From a virus (Duplodnaviria; Caudoviricetes), in the IMG/VR virus record IMGVR_UViG_3300025490_000005, positions 1-29,604 of that record: a stretch of 29,604 nucleotides of DNA. One strand, 5' to 3'. Shown one piece after another: positions 26,757-29,604 of this stretch (its first letter is position 1; every line of letters starts with the position of its first letter). The position numbers and the translations under genes are program-made. The notes below the pieces were generated by a model. That model saw only the letters and a list, made by a program, of their open reading frames with translations. It had not been told where the DNA came from and made no database searches.

Positions 26757-28828
26757 ATTGAGCGCACCTCCTCGAATGTCAGTCTCTTTCCTTTGCGCTC
26801 GAATGTAATTGCCTGATTTGGAAAACTTTCGTGAAACCGTTTAATACTGGCGCTTGCGTATTTCGTGTCAATTTCCATTGCGTAGCAGATACGATTGGAT
26901 TGCTCGCAAGCCATCCCGGTTGAAAAACTCCCTGAAAACAGATCGAGCACGATGTTGTTTGCAGTGCTGCTGTTTTTGATTGGATACGCTAGCAGCGGAA
27001 CAGGCTTCATCGTACAATGAATGTCATTCTTGGCAGACTTGTCAAAATTCCAAATTGTAGTCTGTTTCCTATCGGAGTACCAAAGATGCTTTCCGGATTT
27101 CTTCCAACCGAAAAGGCAGTTATGCACCACGATACCATCGGCAATATAGTGTCCGTACTCTTTAACATCCAACGAATACACAGTTCCATGAAACGGCGAT
27201 GTTTCAACGGTCTCAATCGTCTCCCACTGAAAGTGCTTATTGTCCGTATAATCCCTTGAGATTGGAATCTGCATTATTTCGGGAATCAGATTACATGCAC
27301 ACACCTTGGCGGTCACGCGTGAGCTCATTTTAGATTCCCGTTCAGCAATCGTAATTAAAGGATATTTAGGATTGCGATCACATTTTAGAAGTAGTTCATG
27401 TGCGTTTTGGTTCAGTTTTTCCAAGTCTAAGCTCGTATAAATATACTCGATGTCCGACAAGGTTCTGGTTCCGCAGCTTGATCTCCAGTTTTCGGTTTCC
27501 CAATGTGTTTGCGGAATACCGTACTTAACAGAAAAGAGCTGTTCATCAGCTCTCGCTCTCTCTGCATTATCATATGTTTTTAACAGCCAAACAGCCTCGG
27601 CCTTCTCACCACGCAGCCTTTCCTTTAATCCGAACCCCCTCGAATTATATGTGCGAGTTACGCCTATTCGCCACCAGCCATCACGTTTCATCAGGTAACT
27701 GCAATATTTATGCTTGGTCATGGGGTTATACCTGATAGTAAATTTGTGGTTATCCGTAGTCCGTGTGTTCTTTCCTCCAACCCTAACGGTATACATTTTT
27801 CCTTGATAAGGTCTGCTTGCCGTTGTTATTGCGTAACCGCCGTTTCGGAATCCCTTTATCTGTCCGCTATAGGTGTCAAACGATACCACCCGGTCGCTGT
27901 CGGTCAATTCTTCTATGGGCTTCTCTCCATCGACAGTAAGCACCATCGTTCCGGCGGGCTGACAGGGTTCATGGCGCCATTGGTACGGTGAACGGCCGAG
28001 CACCAGGCTCGGCTTGACCCAAACGCACGTACCGGACAATTTGAATCCAGCCTCGCGGAACGCCCGTCGGAAGATTTCCCCCTCGGTATCGGCGTGGAAT
28101 ACATAAGCGCTGCCCTCGTTGTCAAGCGCTGCCTCGGCAGCTGTAAACGCAGCAAGCAGAAATTGATATAATGCTTCACCTCGCAGGTCATCGTTAGCGA
28201 TTTTCCCCGCCTTGCCTTCGTATGAAACCCCATATGGCGGATCGGTTAGCAGTAGGTTCGCCCTCTTACCATCCATCAACCGAGAAACGTCTTCTGCCTT
28301 CGTTGCGTCTCCTATGAGTATCCGATGCTGTCCGAGCGTCCAAAGATCCCCTGTTAAAGCAAACGGCGGCTCGCTTATCGCCTTGTCCACGTCGAAGTCA
28401 TCGTCCTTAACGTCCTCAAGCCCACCCATCAGCTTACTCAGTTCCGCGTCGTCAAAGCCAAGGAGCGAAAGGTCAAAATCAGCCCCTTGCAAATCGGCAA
28501 GTTCAATAGACAGCATCTCCGCGTCCCAGCCGGCATTTAGGGCAAGGCGGTTGTCGGCAATGATGTATGCTCGCTTCTGAGCTTCGGTCAGATGCTCGAC
28601 CACAATACAGTTTAGTTCGGTTAACCCTTCCGCACGAGCCGCAACAAGTCGCCCATGCCCTACAAGCAGATTGTATTTCTCATCAACAACCAGAGGTGCG
28701 ACCACACCGAATTCTCGAAAGCTGGCACGTATCTGAGCTATCTGCTCTTTGCTGTGCGTTCTGGCGTTTCGAGCAGACGGTACAATTTTATCAATTTTTA
28801 CTATTTCAGACCGCTTGGCGAGTATCAT
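26738..28828 (-). CDS. ParB-like domain + beta-class N6-A/N4-C DNA methyltransferase, intein-containing
   Basis: RNARTH, VGHGRL, IADNRLA (ParB-like); TDPPY motif IV precedes LDLFSGS motif I. Confidence 0.92.
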   Translation of the reverse strand: MILAKRSEIVKIDKIVPSARNARTHSKEQIAQIRASFREFGVVAPLVVDEKYNLLVGHGRLVAARAEGLTELNCIVVEHLTEAQKRAYIIADNRLALNAGWDAEMLSIELADLQGADFDLSLLGFDDAELSKLMGGLEDVKDDDFDVDKAISEPPFALTGDLWTLGQHRILIGDATKAEDVSRLMDGKRANLLLTDPPYGVSYEGKAGKIANDDLRGEALYQFLLAAFTAAEAALDNEGSAYVFHADTEGEIFRRAFREAGFKLSGTCVWVKPSLVLGRSPYQWRHEPCQPAGTMVLTVDGEKPIEELTDSDRVVSFDTYSGQIKGFRNGGYAITTASRPYQGKMYTVRVGGKNTRTTDNHKFTIRYNPMTKHKYCSYLMKRDGWWRIGVTRTYNSRGFGLKERLRGEKAEAVWLLKTYDNAERARADEQLFSVKYGIPQTHWETENWRSSCGTRTLSDIEYIYTSLDLEKLNQNAHELLLKCDRNPKYPLITIAERESKMSSRVTAKVCACNLIPEIMQIPISRDYTDNKHFQWETIETVETSPFHGTVYSLDVKEYGHYIADGIVVHNCLFGWKKSGKHLWYSDRKQTTIWNFDKSAKNDIHCTMKPVPLLAYPIKNSSTANNIVLDLFSGSFSTGMACEQSNRICYAMEIDTKYASASIKRFHESFPNQAITFERKGKRLTFEEVRSILKPSN
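27119..27964 (-). mobile_element. Intein, 282 aa (residues 289-570 of the methyltransferase)
   Basis: HEP|CQPAGTMV (block A), TDNH (block B), VYSLDV (block F), IADGIVVHN|C (block G, +1 Cys). Confidence 0.93.
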
Positions 28829-29412
28829 TTGTTCCTCCCACCTTTCCTGCCAGAGAGCAACGCCTCCATAATGTCGTCCTGCGGATTGCCCACAAATGCT
28901 GTGGTGCAGTTCTGCTTGACGATGTCAAAAATCTCATACCAGATGAGATTTGCCTGTTTCTGGAACGACTGGCTCATCTGCACAAACGGGCTGCTCATCG
29001 CGCCGCCTGTGGTCGGGTGCTTGCCCAAAAGCCCGTAGGTGCTGATTGCCTCTTCGCACTGGATGTAGCGCGTGAAGGCTTGTGCGTAGGCTTCAATCAG
29101 CCGGGGGTTGACGAATTTTTCGCACCCGCGCTCTTTAAGCCATCTCCAGGTTTCGATAAATAGCGCATCCGCACCGAGCGGCTTGCCGTCTTTTTGCCTT
29201 GCGCAAAGATAATCGCTTGGCGCAGGCATATCCTCGCCAAATAAAGCCGCCGCATCACCTAGTTCGCCCGCTTCAAGGAGCAACTCAGGAGGCAGTTCCG
29301 GGGCTTCCAGCATCCGCGCGGCCTTGCCCGCCGTGATTTTATCCGCAAGTGGCTGCGGTTTGCCGCCGGCGCGGACTCTGCGGCCGCCCCTGTTTGTTCC
29401 GTCTTTTGCCAC
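28825..29412 (-). CDS. terS: Terminase small subunit, P27 family-like
   Basis: MAKDGTNRGG.R..AG, MPAPSDYL, GLLGKHPTTG...SPFVQMS, DDIMEALL; AAGGAGG SD. Confidence 0.85.
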   Translation of the reverse strand: MAKDGTNRGGRRVRAGGKPQPLADKITAGKAARMLEAPELPPELLLEAGELGDAAALFGEDMPAPSDYLCARQKDGKPLGADALFIETWRWLKERGCEKFVNPRLIEAYAQAFTRYIQCEEAISTYGLLGKHPTTGGAMSSPFVQMSQSFQKQANLIWYEIFDIVKQNCTTAFVGNPQDDIMEALLSGRKGGRNK

Positions 29413-29436
29413 GCGCTTTCACCTCCTTGCTGTGGT

Positions 29437-29530
29437 GGGGGTTAATCCCCCGTTTGAACCGGTATTTTTTCACGCGGTGGGCCACGCCCGTTGAATTCCT
29501 ATAGGAATACAGGGATTACACCCGGCCCCC
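29437..29530. other. Putative cos/packaging-initiation region
   Basis: Non-coding GC-rich stretch upstream of terS with palindromes GGGGG-TTAAT-CCCCC and ATTCCTATAGGAAT; position typical for HK97-like cos phages. Confidence 0.4.
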
Positions 29531-29604
29531 TGCCAAACGCATACTTTTTAGCCTTGTATTGACACCGTGCATGCCACGCAGTATGATGAATATACTAAGC
29601 ATTG

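Larger units (their letters stand above)
1..29604 (-). mobile_element. Temperate siphovirus-type prophage (packaging, head, tail, lysis and integration modules); extends beyond the right edge
   Basis: Co-oriented terS, terL, portal, protease, capsid, neck, tail, tape measure, holin, endolysin and serine recombinases in canonical order; GGAGG SD sites before most genes. Confidence 0.95.

Noticed and set aside
24271-28828. Classical restriction-modification system with HNH as the restriction enzyme
   Set aside because: HNH-AP2 architecture is typical of mobile homing endonucleases and the MTases resemble phage orphan types; not excluded, but unsupported.
1-29604. tRNA, rRNA or IS elements
   Set aside because: None recognised by eye; intergenic spaces are short and mostly explained by terminators and promoters. 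A covariance-model search was not possible.

Overview
The whole window is the late/structural half of a temperate siphovirus-type prophage of probable Firmicutes (Clostridia-like) origin, with every credible gene on the minus strand. Read in transcription order (right to left): putative cos region; P27-family small terminase; a ~7 kb DNA-modification and accessory block (ParB-fused amino-methyltransferase interrupted by a 282-aa intein, HNH-AP2 endonuclease, C5-cytosine methyltransferase with a nested alternative-frame ORF and about seven TRD-like modules, radical SAM enzyme, small conserved phage proteins); large terminase; DUF3310-like gene; a HigB/HigA-metallopeptidase toxin-antitoxin cassette with its own promoter, operators and terminator; HK97-type head genes; neck and tail genes including a -1 frameshifted tail chaperone; tape measure; tail-tip proteins including a 7-bladed beta-propeller; holin; amidase-LysM endolysin; an HTH/Zn-finger regulator; a small SHOCT-like gene; and two tandem large serine recombinases near the probable prophage end. 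Family names come from motif recognition by eye, not database searches. Several start codons were moved from the ORF track on Shine-Dalgarno (SD) evidence.
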